Source of the DNA: Planctomycetota bacterium
Lineage (GTDB): Bacteria; Planctomycetota; Planctomycetia; Pirellulales; Lacipirellulaceae
Length of the DNA: 26,853 nt
NCBI GenBank assembly: GCA_039190745.1
Contig: JBCCXZ010000056.1
Location: 1 to 26,853 of the forward strand
Direction: 5' to 3'
This document shows, piece after piece, positions 9,582 through 17,318 of this stretch. Each line of letters opens with the position of its first letter. Position 1 is the stretch's first letter. The notes beneath the pieces were generated by a model. That model did not search any database. It was given only the letters and a program-made list of their open reading frames with translations, and had not been told where the DNA came from. The translations under genes were made by a program, and so were the position numbers.

Positions 9582-10613
9582 GTGGCGTCTGAGACAGTTG
9601 CAAGCGAGGTTGTTGCAAAGAATCAACCATCAAGTTCAAGGACGAGGATCAAACAATTGGCAAACAATCTCTTGGATAACAACCCGCTGTGGGTGGTTGA
9701 TGTAGGCGCGAGCGGCGGCGTAGACCCCAGGTGGGGGGAGTTCACAGGATCGTATCGGGGCGTTTTGTTTGAGCCGGACCCGAGGGAGTATGATTTACTC
9801 AAGGCAAGAAGCCAGGATAATCTGATTGTTTTGAACGCCGCGTTGTCCGACTCGGCCGGTACAGTAGACTTCTACCTTTGTCAGAAACAGGAGGTGTCGT
9901 CCGCCTTCCTCCCGAACTTTGAGTTCTTGCGCAAGTTCCCTGACGCCGATCGCTTCAATGTCACACAAACCATACAGGTGCAAACGGATACTCTCGACAA
10001 CCAGCTCAAGGCTAGCGGCATCGAAGAGATTGATTTCGTCAAAGTCGACACCCAGGGGTGCGAGCTGCCTATTTTGAGGGGCGGTTCTGAGTGCCTCGGC
10101 ACCGTCGTCGGCCTAGAGCTAGAAGTTGAGTTTGCAGAGCTCTACACAAACCAACCGTTGTTTAGTGAACTGGATAGCTACGTGAGAGCGAAGGGGTTCT
10201 CGCTGTTCGATCTCAAGAGGTACTTTTGGAAACGGCTAGACGGGGCCGAGGCGGAGGATCAGAAGGGCCAGTTAGTATTTGGCGACGCCCTTTACTTCAG
10301 GGGCCCAGAACAGGTGCTCCAGATGAATGGCCTTACCCAAAACAAGGTATTGCGTGCTCTCAGTGTGTACCTAGTTTACGGGTATGTAGACCTTGCGAGA
10401 GCGTTGTTGAACGCAGCCGCGGACGGCGGGGCGATGTCGGGTGACGCCGCTCGTTCTGCCGAAGCGGTCATCGCAGACTGCGCCAAGAAAATGCGCGTGC
10501 CGAAGTTCAAGGGCAGAAAGAAGATAAGTCGAGCGCTGGAAGGGGTGTTAAGGGTTCTCGGCGGCCGCGGCGGCTGGCATGTCGGAACGGACCGATCGCT
10601 TGGGAATCCATAA
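9582..10613 (+). CDS. FkbM family SAM-dependent methyltransferase
   Basis: Motifs VVDVGASGG, FEPD, DFVKVDTQGCELPILRG, LELEVEFAELYTNQPLF and GDALY. Start uncertain (GTG 9582, or TTG 9657 after GAGGA). Lower GC than its neighbours. Confidence 0.9.
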   Translation: MASETVASEVVAKNQPSSSRTRIKQLANNLLDNNPLWVVDVGASGGVDPRWGEFTGSYRGVLFEPDPREYDLLKARSQDNLIVLNAALSDSAGTVDFYLCQKQEVSSAFLPNFEFLRKFPDADRFNVTQTIQVQTDTLDNQLKASGIEEIDFVKVDTQGCELPILRGGSECLGTVVGLELEVEFAELYTNQPLFSELDSYVRAKGFSLFDLKRYFWKRLDGAEAEDQKGQLVFGDALYFRGPEQVLQMNGLTQNKVLRALSVYLVYGYVDLARALLNAAADGGAMSGDAARSAEAVIADCAKKMRVPKFKGRKKISRALEGVLRVLGGRGGWHVGTDRSLGNP

Positions 10614-10766
10614 GCCGTCAGCGGCGAGTCAAGCGAGAGGCGGGACTCAACCATAGCCTTCGCTTGTCGCTACTAGACACCGGCAGTTGTACGGTGTCGT
10701 CAACGATTACGACAGAGCATCTCCCTGACAACAGACGCCGCTACCCGCGTTTCATGGCTACTTCGC

Positions 10767-10979
10767 TTAATCTTGTGCCTGCTCTCGAATCCTCTTTAAC
10801 CACATCAAGATCGTGGCAACGGCTATTGCCGCAAGCAACAATGCCGTCTGCCATGCGCCTTGTCCCAGTTCCATTCCGCGGACTGCCACCAGAAAGAAGC
10901 TGAACAGTGGGATCAATGTAAGGACAAGAACGGATAGCTCGGAGGCGCGCATGGTTACAACACGTTCGAGGTAGTTCAT
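10767..10979 (-). CDS. Putative small membrane protein (70 aa, two TM helices)
   Basis: MNYLERVV... contains two hydrophobic segments (LSVLVLTLIPLFSFFLVAV, TALLLAAIAVATILMWL) followed by a basic tail (KRIR). Confidence 0.55.
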   Translation of the reverse strand: MNYLERVVTMRASELSVLVLTLIPLFSFFLVAVRGMELGQGAWQTALLLAAIAVATILMWLKRIREQAQD

Positions 10980-11112
10980 TTCGAGACGCTTCAACGACTC
11001 AACGAGGCGCCATGCCCATGCTCGCGTAGGCATGTCGATAGGGAAGTGCGGCTACATACGCCTGCCCACACAGAAGCGGGCACGGTACATAGGCGAGCAG
11101 CCTCATTTAGCG

Positions 11113-11847
11113 TTACGTATCCTTTCGGTTCCGGCACGAGATCGCAAAAACTCCCAGCGCCGCGAGCGTCCACGTACCCGGTTCTGGGATCGGCAGTTGG
11201 AAAACTACGTTGTCGATCGCAATGCCGCCGACGTCGTCGTTGGTAATGACGACACCGGCGATGTCTACCGTATCTAGTTCCCGCACGAAGCCGAAAAAGC
11301 CGTTGGAGGGGAGGGGGACGGTGACGCTGTCGATGAGTGTGCCGTTCCTGCGGTAGAAATCAAAGGTGGCCCCGCCCGTCGAGGGGTCTACACCGAGAAT
11401 TTCGAGCCCGAACTCGGCGGTGTCGTCGTCAAACAAGATCGCGAGCGAGCCTTCGCCGTTGGCCGAAGCGAGCGGCCAGGCGTTCGGGCCAAGCCCTGCG
11501 ATTGCGACGATCCCGCCCACGTTGCCTACGGTGATGTTCTCTCCGACCGCCCCGGGCACCAAGGCCAACGGGTCGTTGGGCGAGCCGGACACCGTGTCGA
11601 AGTCTCCAGAGACGCCGATGGCTTGACCGGCGAAGTGCTCAGCGAAAGAGGCGCCATCGAGGTCGACTACGCCTTCAGTAGAGACACCCGGGAAAGGCGC
11701 CGAGGGCAGGCTGTTGAAATCGACAAGCCCCGTGGCCGTCAGGGAACCGTAAGGAGTCAGGTTCACGGGCAGTGCATGGCCCGACGGCGCCCACGCCGCT
11801 ACGAGAGACCAAGCGAGGAAGAGAAGGCGAAGGTAACGGATCGGCAT
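11113..11847 (-). CDS. PEP-CTERM sorting domain-containing exported protein
   Basis: Signal peptide MPIRYLRLLFLAWSLVAAWAPSGHA, acidic Gly-rich Lys-poor body, C-terminal IPEPGTWTLAALGVFAISCRNRKDT. Confidence 0.92.
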   Translation of the reverse strand: MPIRYLRLLFLAWSLVAAWAPSGHALPVNLTPYGSLTATGLVDFNSLPSAPFPGVSTEGVVDLDGASFAEHFAGQAIGVSGDFDTVSGSPNDPLALVPGAVGENITVGNVGGIVAIAGLGPNAWPLASANGEGSLAILFDDDTAEFGLEILGVDPSTGGATFDFYRRNGTLIDSVTVPLPSNGFFGFVRELDTVDIAGVVITNDDVGGIAIDNVVFQLPIPEPGTWTLAALGVFAISCRNRKDT

Positions 11848-12041
11848 GGAGTCACTCCCGGGTTGCAGTGCTAAGTTGTGGGTGAAAGCAGCGAGAATAG
11901 GATGGGGCGAGCCCCGTTCCCCGACGTGTATGCTCCGGAAGGTGACAACTTTCCGATGCACGGGGCGGTGTTGAAGATAGCCGCTCGATGGCCCGGGGCA
12001 AGAAGAATACCAGTGAGCTTGTGCGAGTTAGTTGCCGGGCG

Positions 12042-12235
12042 TCACGCGCAGTTTCGATTCCGGCGCGAAATCGCAAATAATGCCGCCACGGCGAGCGGCA
12101 GCCCCACCGATTCTGGGACGACAATCGCCGCCACGTCGATTGGTTTGAGAAAGCCCAAACCGACCACGCCGGACGTGCGGAACGGTAAGTGATGAGAAAC
12201 GGTAAGTGATGAGAGGAGAGCAGCGGCCGGTCCAT
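12042..12235 (-). pseudogene. Orphan PEP-CTERM C-terminal fragment
   Basis: Encodes VPESVGLPLAVAALFAISRRNRNCA*, the same length as the tail of the 11113 gene. Gap-free identity counted by hand is 53/77 nt (12042-12118 vs 11113-11189). No signal peptide or body lies upstream. Confidence 0.7.
12181..12214. repeat. Perfect 17-bp tandem duplication (AACGGTAAGTGATGAGA x2)
   Basis: Copies at 12181-12197 and 12198-12214. Confidence 0.95.
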
Positions 12236-12334
12236 GCGATAATCTGAAGTGCTGAGCCCGGACTGTAAGGCGGGCCGAATTCTGGAGCAAATAGAGCCCT
12301 ACTCAGAAGCCCAGGAACGGTGGCGGAGAGAACG

Positions 12335-12377
12335 AGCGGCCGATGGACGCAGACGGACGCAGACGGACGCAGACAAG
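12335..12377 (+). repeat. Left arm of inverted-repeat element, containing (GGACGCAGAC)x3
   Basis: AGCGGCCGAT-GGACGCAGAC x3-AAG, an inverted match to 13013-13045. Confidence 0.85.
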
Positions 12378-12474
12378 TCCCTCGGGTGCGCTGACTGTCG
12401 GCCGGGAACGGTATTGCTCCAGGACCGGAGGCATTGCGGCTAGGCCAGGCGCCGCTGCCGCAGTGCGGGTCTGC

Positions 12475-12960
12475 TCATTCACTCGGTCGCAATGCGGAAA
12501 TGACGCGCTGCAGTTCTTCGCTCGTGCCAAGGTGGTTCTGGTGGCGGAAGTACTTCAGTAACCGCCGTCGTAATTCATCGTTGATCGTGACGTGCCTGCC
12601 GTTGTCTTCCATCAGGCGGATCAGCCAATCGACCCCGCCGTATGTGATGAGGTCGTACGGCTCGATATCGACGATCATCTCGATGATCGCCTGGCCGATA
12701 TTGCCGTACTCGGCCATCAGAGCTTCGAAGCCGGGGTGATAATCGTCTCCGGTGACGAAGAAACGGTCGCCGATCCAACTCCCGACGAGCGGGTGGGGTT
12801 CGACGCCCGTGTAGTACGTGTTGTTCTGCAAGAGCAAGTACGAAAGGGCTCGCGAACCTATGTTGCGTCCTAGCGCATAGTTCTTGATGTCCGAGCCGGT
12901 GGGGTCGATGCAGAAGTACTGCCGTTTCGAATCATTCACGTAGAAATAGTAAGTGCCCAT
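12475..12960 (-). CDS. Hypothetical protein (161 aa), cargo between inverted repeats
   Basis: MGTYYFYVNDSKRQYF... The N-terminus and the GSWIGDR...GDD segment resemble a pattern I recall from small phage/accessory proteins (MGQYY..VN..K.EY); this was not verified by search. Confidence 0.8.
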   Translation of the reverse strand: MGTYYFYVNDSKRQYFCIDPTGSDIKNYALGRNIGSRALSYLLLQNNTYYTGVEPHPLVGSWIGDRFFVTGDDYHPGFEALMAEYGNIGQAIIEMIVDIEPYDLITYGGVDWLIRLMEDNGRHVTINDELRRRLLKYFRHQNHLGTSEELQRVISALRPSE

Positions 12961-13012
12961 GCGACCCAGCAACCAGCTTGGCGGCTGCCTCTAGGATTTC
13001 GGCTAGCGAGCG

Positions 13013-13045
13013 CTTGTCAGCGTTTATCTGCGCCCATCGGTGGCT
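13013..13045 (-). repeat. Right arm of inverted-repeat element
   Basis: Reverse complement reads AGCCACCGAT-GGGCGCAGAT-AAACGCTGAC-AAG and matches 12335-12377 unit by unit. It begins 4 bp after the oppC stop codon. Confidence 0.8.
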
Positions 13046-13049
13046 AGTT

Positions 13050-14264
13050 TCACTGCGTCCGCATCCGCGGGTCGAGCGCGTCACGCAGACCGTCCCCCAA
13101 GAAGTTGAGCGCCGTGAGCGTCACGCCCAACGCGATGCTCGGGAACACCACCAGCCACCAGTCGAATCGCACCGGCGTGATGACCTGGATGCCCTGGTTC
13201 GCCAGTAGGCCCCACGAGACCTCCGGCGGCTCGACGCCCAGGCCCAGGAACGAGAGGAACGCCTCGAACAGCATCACGCGGGGGATGGTGAGCGTGAGGT
13301 AAACGATCACCACGCTGAACAGGTTCGGCACGATGTGTAGGAACAAGATCCGGGCTTGCCCGGCGCCGAGCGACCGGGCCGCCTCGACGAAGGGCTCGGT
13401 CTTGAGCGAGATCACCTGCCCGCGGACCACCCGGGCCATGGTGAGCCAGTAGATGGCGCCCACCACGAAGAAGAACACTGTGACGCGGTCGATGCCGAAC
13501 CGGGCCAGCCGGTCGGCGACGCTCTCCTCGCCGAGGATAGTGATGATGAAAATGACCACGAACACGAACGGCACGGAGTAGAGCACGTCGACGGCCCGCA
13601 TCATCGCGTCGTCGACCCAGCCGCCGAGGTAACCGGAGACGGCCCCGTAGGTCACGCCGATCACCAGCGAGACGATCGTTGCCACGAGCCCCACCAGCAG
13701 CGAGGTGCGAGCGCCCCAGAACAGCCGGCTGAACAGGTCGCGGCCGAACAGGTCGCGGCCGCAGAGGGCGTTGACGCTGCGGTCGCCGAACAGGCTGTGC
13801 CGCGTGCGGACCATCCAGCGGGAGAGGCCGCCAAGGTTGGCGAAGCCCTGTTCGCGATAAGGCGCCTGGACGGTGTCTTCGATCTGGGCCTCGAGTCGCC
13901 GGACGGCGTCGCGGGCCTTTGAGTGGGCCTGCTCGTCGGCAGGGTCGACGCTGGCCAGCGCGGTCTCCGCTTCGGCGAGCTTCGGCTCGAGCTCCGCGAC
14001 GGCGTCGGGCGTGGCGGCGATCGCCTCGGTGTCGAGGTCGAAGTCGTGCAGCCAGAAGGGCGAGGCGGTTGGCTTTTCAAACTGCAGGCTGGTCTGGTCA
14101 CGGTCGGGCGGCTGCAAGGGCAACAACGGCGTGGACAACGCCAAGAGCGACACCGCCCCCAATACGTACAGCGAGACCATCGCCACGCGGTTGCGGCGCA
14201 GTTTGCGCCAGGCGTCCTGCGTGAGCGAAAGCCCCTTCGGCGTGTTGGGAGCGGGAGTCTGCAA
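13050..14264 (-). CDS. oppC: Oligopeptide ABC transporter permease
   Basis: SLTQDAWRKLRRNRVA, GRDLFGRDLFSRL, EAA motif (FVEAARSLGA), EAFLSFLGLG and NFLGDGLRDALDPR. TTG start. Confidence 0.93.
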   Translation of the reverse strand: MQTPAPNTPKGLSLTQDAWRKLRRNRVAMVSLYVLGAVSLLALSTPLLPLQPPDRDQTSLQFEKPTASPFWLHDFDLDTEAIAATPDAVAELEPKLAEAETALASVDPADEQAHSKARDAVRRLEAQIEDTVQAPYREQGFANLGGLSRWMVRTRHSLFGDRSVNALCGRDLFGRDLFSRLFWGARTSLLVGLVATIVSLVIGVTYGAVSGYLGGWVDDAMMRAVDVLYSVPFVFVVIFIITILGEESVADRLARFGIDRVTVFFFVVGAIYWLTMARVVRGQVISLKTEPFVEAARSLGAGQARILFLHIVPNLFSVVIVYLTLTIPRVMLFEAFLSFLGLGVEPPEVSWGLLANQGIQVITPVRFDWWLVVFPSIALGVTLTALNFLGDGLRDALDPRMRTQ

Positions 14265-14278
14265 TTGATTCAGAAAAC

Positions 14279-14346
14279 AGGAACACGAATCTGCACTAAT
14301 TCTCGCTAATCCGGATTAGTGAAGATTAGCTTTGATTAGTGTTCCT
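14279..14346. repeat. Imperfect ~68-bp palindrome built from CTAAT/GAAT subrepeats
   Basis: Left arm GGAACACGAATCTGCACTAATTCTCGCTAATCC versus reverse complement of the right arm GGAACACTAATCAAAGCTAATCTTCACTAATCC. The arms are equal in length, have no spacer and are centred on CCGG. Confidence 0.9.
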
Positions 14347-14361
14347 AATCTCTTCCTCTTC

Positions 14362-14389
14362 CTTTCGTTGTTTTCGTTTCTTTCGTGGT
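14362..14389 (-). repeat. Solo arm with three ACGAAA units at 9-bp period
   Basis: TTTCGT occurs at 14363, 14372 and 14381. On the minus strand ACCACGAAAGAAACGAAAACAACGAAAG directly follows the oppB stop codon. Confidence 0.85.
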
Positions 14390-15307
14390 CTAGTTCAGTT
14401 CCACCCGCGGGTCGAGCGCCGCGTACGACATGTCGACCAGCCAGTTCATCGTGTAGAGCAGCACGGTGTAGAGCATCACCACGCCCATCGCGAGGGTGTA
14501 GTCGCGGAGGATCGCCGCCTGCACGAAGTACGAGCCGAGGCCGGGGACGGCGAAGATCTGCTCCACCACCAGCGAGCCGGTGAGGATCCCGGCCACGGCC
14601 GGGCCGAGGAACGACGCCACAGGCAGCAACGCCCCCCGGAGGGCGTGGATGAATGTCACGCGGCCCGGCGAGGCGCCCTTGGCTTTGGCGGTGCGGATAA
14701 AATCTTGCGAGAGCACGTCGAGCATGCTGGTGCGCGTGATGCGGGCGACGTACGCCGCGTAGGGGGCGCCGAGGCAGAACGCCGGCAGGACGACCTGGAT
14801 GGGCGACCCCCAGCCGGCCGCGGGGAACCAGCCAAACTGGAACACGAACACCAGGATGCACAGCCCCGCGATGACGAAATTGGGCAGCGCAATTCCGACG
14901 GTTGCGACCAGGCGGAGCCCCACGTCCGCCGCCGAGCCGCGGCTCACGGCGGAGGTGACCCCCGCGAGCAGCCCCAGCACCAGCGCAAACGACAACGCCA
15001 CCGAGCCCAACGCGGCGGAGATCGGGAGTCCCTCGCGGATGACGGTCGCCACGGGGTAGTCGCCGATCCGCATGCAGTGCCCCAAGTCGCCGCGGACGAC
15101 TTGGCCGAGTGTTTGGAAGTACTGCTGGTAGAGCGGCGCGTCGAGGTTGTACTTGCGTTTGAGGTTCCGCTCGATCTCCGGCTCGAGCGCTCGCTCGCTG
15201 TCGAACGGCCCGCCGGGGACGGCGCGCATCAGGAAGAACGACACGGTGAACACGGCCCACACGGTGAGCACCATCCACAACGCGCGGCGGATGCAGAAGG
15301 CGATCAT
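14390..15307 (-). CDS. oppB: Oligopeptide ABC transporter permease
   Basis: MIAFCIRR, MRAVPGGPFD, RTSMLDVLSQDFIRTAKAKG, GSLVVEQIFAVPGLG and LDPR. ATGA overlap with oppA at 15304-15307. Confidence 0.95.
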   Translation of the reverse strand: MIAFCIRRALWMVLTVWAVFTVSFFLMRAVPGGPFDSERALEPEIERNLKRKYNLDAPLYQQYFQTLGQVVRGDLGHCMRIGDYPVATVIREGLPISAALGSVALSFALVLGLLAGVTSAVSRGSAADVGLRLVATVGIALPNFVIAGLCILVFVFQFGWFPAAGWGSPIQVVLPAFCLGAPYAAYVARITRTSMLDVLSQDFIRTAKAKGASPGRVTFIHALRGALLPVASFLGPAVAGILTGSLVVEQIFAVPGLGSYFVQAAILRDYTLAMGVVMLYTVLLYTMNWLVDMSYAALDPRVELN

Positions 15308-17202
15308 CGGCCGCGGGCCCCCTGCATGAACTCGTTGGGGGCGCCGCTGTCGTCGACCCAAATCGACCACAGCGGGTGGAAGTCCTGCACGTTGTTGTAG
15401 AACCCGCGGACGTGCGGCTTCACCAGGTTCTTGCTGACGTAGTAGTAGAGCGGCAAGATCGGCAGGTCGCGCATGAGGATCTGCTCCGCCTCGCGGAAGA
15501 TCGCCATGCGCTTGTCGGGGTCGCTCTCGCGGGCGGCGGCGGCGATCAGCTCGTCGTACCGCGGGTCGCCCCAGCCGGTGTTGTTCTGCTCGCCGCCGGT
15601 CACAAACATGTCGAGGAATGTGTTGGGGTCGGCGTAGTCTCCCACCCATCCCTTGCGGCAGACGTCGTAGCGCGCTTGGCGTTGGCTGGAGAGATAGGTG
15701 CCCCACTCTTCGTTGCGGGTGCGGACGGAGATCCCCAACTCGCGTTGCCACTGCTTGCGGATCAGCTCGGCGATCGACTGGTGCGCCTCGTGGGTGTTGT
15801 AGAGGATGTCGATCCGCGGGAAGCCCTTGCCCTCGGGGAAGCCTGCTTCGGCGAGCAAGCGTCGGGCTTCGTCGGGGTCTTGCGGCAGAGCCAGTTGCGG
15901 GACGTAGCCTTCGATGCCTGGAGGTACGAGACTGAGTGCCGGCTGCTCGCCCGCGGCGAGGATCTTGGTGGCGATCTCCTCGCGGTTGACCGCCATGTGC
16001 AACGCCTGACGAACCCGGAGGTCGTCGAGCGGCGCCTTAGTTGTGTTGAGCAGGTAGTAGTAACTGCTGAGCCACGTGCTGGGGTTGATGTCGTCCCGGG
16101 GCGGCTCGGCGTGGATCAGCTCGCGGAGCGCCGTGGGAGGGGCTTCGGTGATCCAGTCGACGTTGCCCGTCATGTAGAGGTTCATCGCCGTCGTGATGCT
16201 GTCGACAGCCAACGCGTCGATCACGTTGAGCTTGACCTCGTCCCGGTTCCAGTAGGTCTCGCTCTTTGCCAGGCGGATGCGGTCGCGGATGCGGCGGAGC
16301 TGCATCGTGAACGGGCCGTTGCCGACGAGGTTTTCCGGGTACGTCCACGCGGGCGAGCCGTGCGTCTCGACGCAGGTTTGGTTCACCGGGTAGAGCGGGT
16401 AGAACCCCATCAGGCTCAGGAAGAACGGCGTCGGGCTCTCGAGCGTGATCCGCAGCGTACGGTCGTCGACCGCCTCGACGCCCACATCGCGGAAGTCAAA
16501 GAGCACCTGCCGACACCAGCGGAGGCCGTCGTGCGGCGTCGCCCCGGCGTCGGCGTCGTCTTTGCTGACGAAACGGTTCTCTTGCCCGTCGATCTCGACA
16601 ACGAACACGCGGTCGGTCGAGTCCCGCTCGTCATCAGGCAATGGCTCGCCGGTTTGGTTTTCCAGACGGACGAACGTGCCGTGCAGCAGCTCGCCGCGGA
16701 GCGAGTTCACCGCGTCGGGCGGCAGGTTCAGCTCCACCTCGACGGGGTCGCCGGGTTCCACGCCGCTGCCGCCGCGGTTGTACTTGCGGCCGTTCTTGAT
16801 GTACCAAGCCTGGTAGGCGTACTCGGCGGCGGTCCGCGGGCCGAGGAACCGCCGGAGCGAGTAGCGGAAGTCGTCCGCCGTGACCAGCGTGCCGTCCGAC
16901 CACCGGGCCGTGTCACGCAAGTAGAATGTATAAACCACCCCGTCGTCCGAGAGGTCCCACCGCTCGGCCACGCCGGGGATAGGCTCCAGCGTCTGCGGGT
17001 GCAACCGGGTGAGGCCCTCGAACAGGGCGTTGATCATGCGGTTTTCCGGCGAGCCGGTGACGATCGCCGGGTCGAGGCTCTTGACCTCGCTCTCGTTGCA
17101 GAACGTAAAATCCGCGGGGGGCAGCCCGCCGCCGAGCGTGGAGAACACCGCCGAGAAGAGCAGGGCGGCCAGCACAACCCACGGGAAGAGCGCTCGTGCC
17201 AT
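15304..17202 (-). CDS. oppA: Oligopeptide ABC transporter substrate-binding protein (SBP family 5)
   Basis: SLDPA, LFEGL, PGVAERW...YTFYLR..ARWSDG, GNGPF, RVRQAL and WVGDYADPNTFL. Start ATG 17202 with an N-terminal hydrophobic anchor. Confidence 0.95.
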   Translation of the reverse strand: MARALFPWVVLAALLFSAVFSTLGGGLPPADFTFCNESEVKSLDPAIVTGSPENRMINALFEGLTRLHPQTLEPIPGVAERWDLSDDGVVYTFYLRDTARWSDGTLVTADDFRYSLRRFLGPRTAAEYAYQAWYIKNGRKYNRGGSGVEPGDPVEVELNLPPDAVNSLRGELLHGTFVRLENQTGEPLPDDERDSTDRVFVVEIDGQENRFVSKDDADAGATPHDGLRWCRQVLFDFRDVGVEAVDDRTLRITLESPTPFFLSLMGFYPLYPVNQTCVETHGSPAWTYPENLVGNGPFTMQLRRIRDRIRLAKSETYWNRDEVKLNVIDALAVDSITTAMNLYMTGNVDWITEAPPTALRELIHAEPPRDDINPSTWLSSYYYLLNTTKAPLDDLRVRQALHMAVNREEIATKILAAGEQPALSLVPPGIEGYVPQLALPQDPDEARRLLAEAGFPEGKGFPRIDILYNTHEAHQSIAELIRKQWQRELGISVRTRNEEWGTYLSSQRQARYDVCRKGWVGDYADPNTFLDMFVTGGEQNNTGWGDPRYDELIAAAARESDPDKRMAIFREAEQILMRDLPILPLYYYVSKNLVKPHVRGFYNNVQDFHPLWSIWVDDSGAPNEFMQGARGR

Positions 17203-17318
17203 GGTGTGCCGTTGAGGGTTCCGTCCTAAGTGGGGCTGTGAAGCCACAGTTTACCGGTTGCCCGCACCGCGGCGAAAGACCACCGCTAGCAGGCTAGGGG
17301 CGGAGCCCACACTTCTTT

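Noticed and set aside
10621..10698. Two imperfect hairpins between the FkbM gene and the small membrane gene
   Set aside because: Possibly terminators at a convergent junction, but the pairing is irregular and there is no U-tract.
11903..11970. Dyad CGGAAGGT-GACA-ACTTTCCG and an ECF41-like TGTCAC...CGTC upstream of the PEP-CTERM gene
   Set aside because: The spacing is shorter than the ECF41 consensus and I could not find the motif before the other PEP-CTERM genes.
12345..12374. Possible CRISPR array or mini-array
   Set aside because: The 10-bp units are directly adjacent with no spacers, and no cas genes are present.
13065..13079. CCGCGGGTCGAGCGC shared with the oppB 3' end (14406-14420 region)
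   Set aside because: Explained by the conserved ALDPR C-terminal motif of both permeases.
15376..17229. Long antisense or alternate-frame ORFs (also 6157-7215, 8213-9481, 24409-26058, 24435-26045)
   Set aside because: Shadow ORFs expected from high-GC codon bias over well-identified genes.
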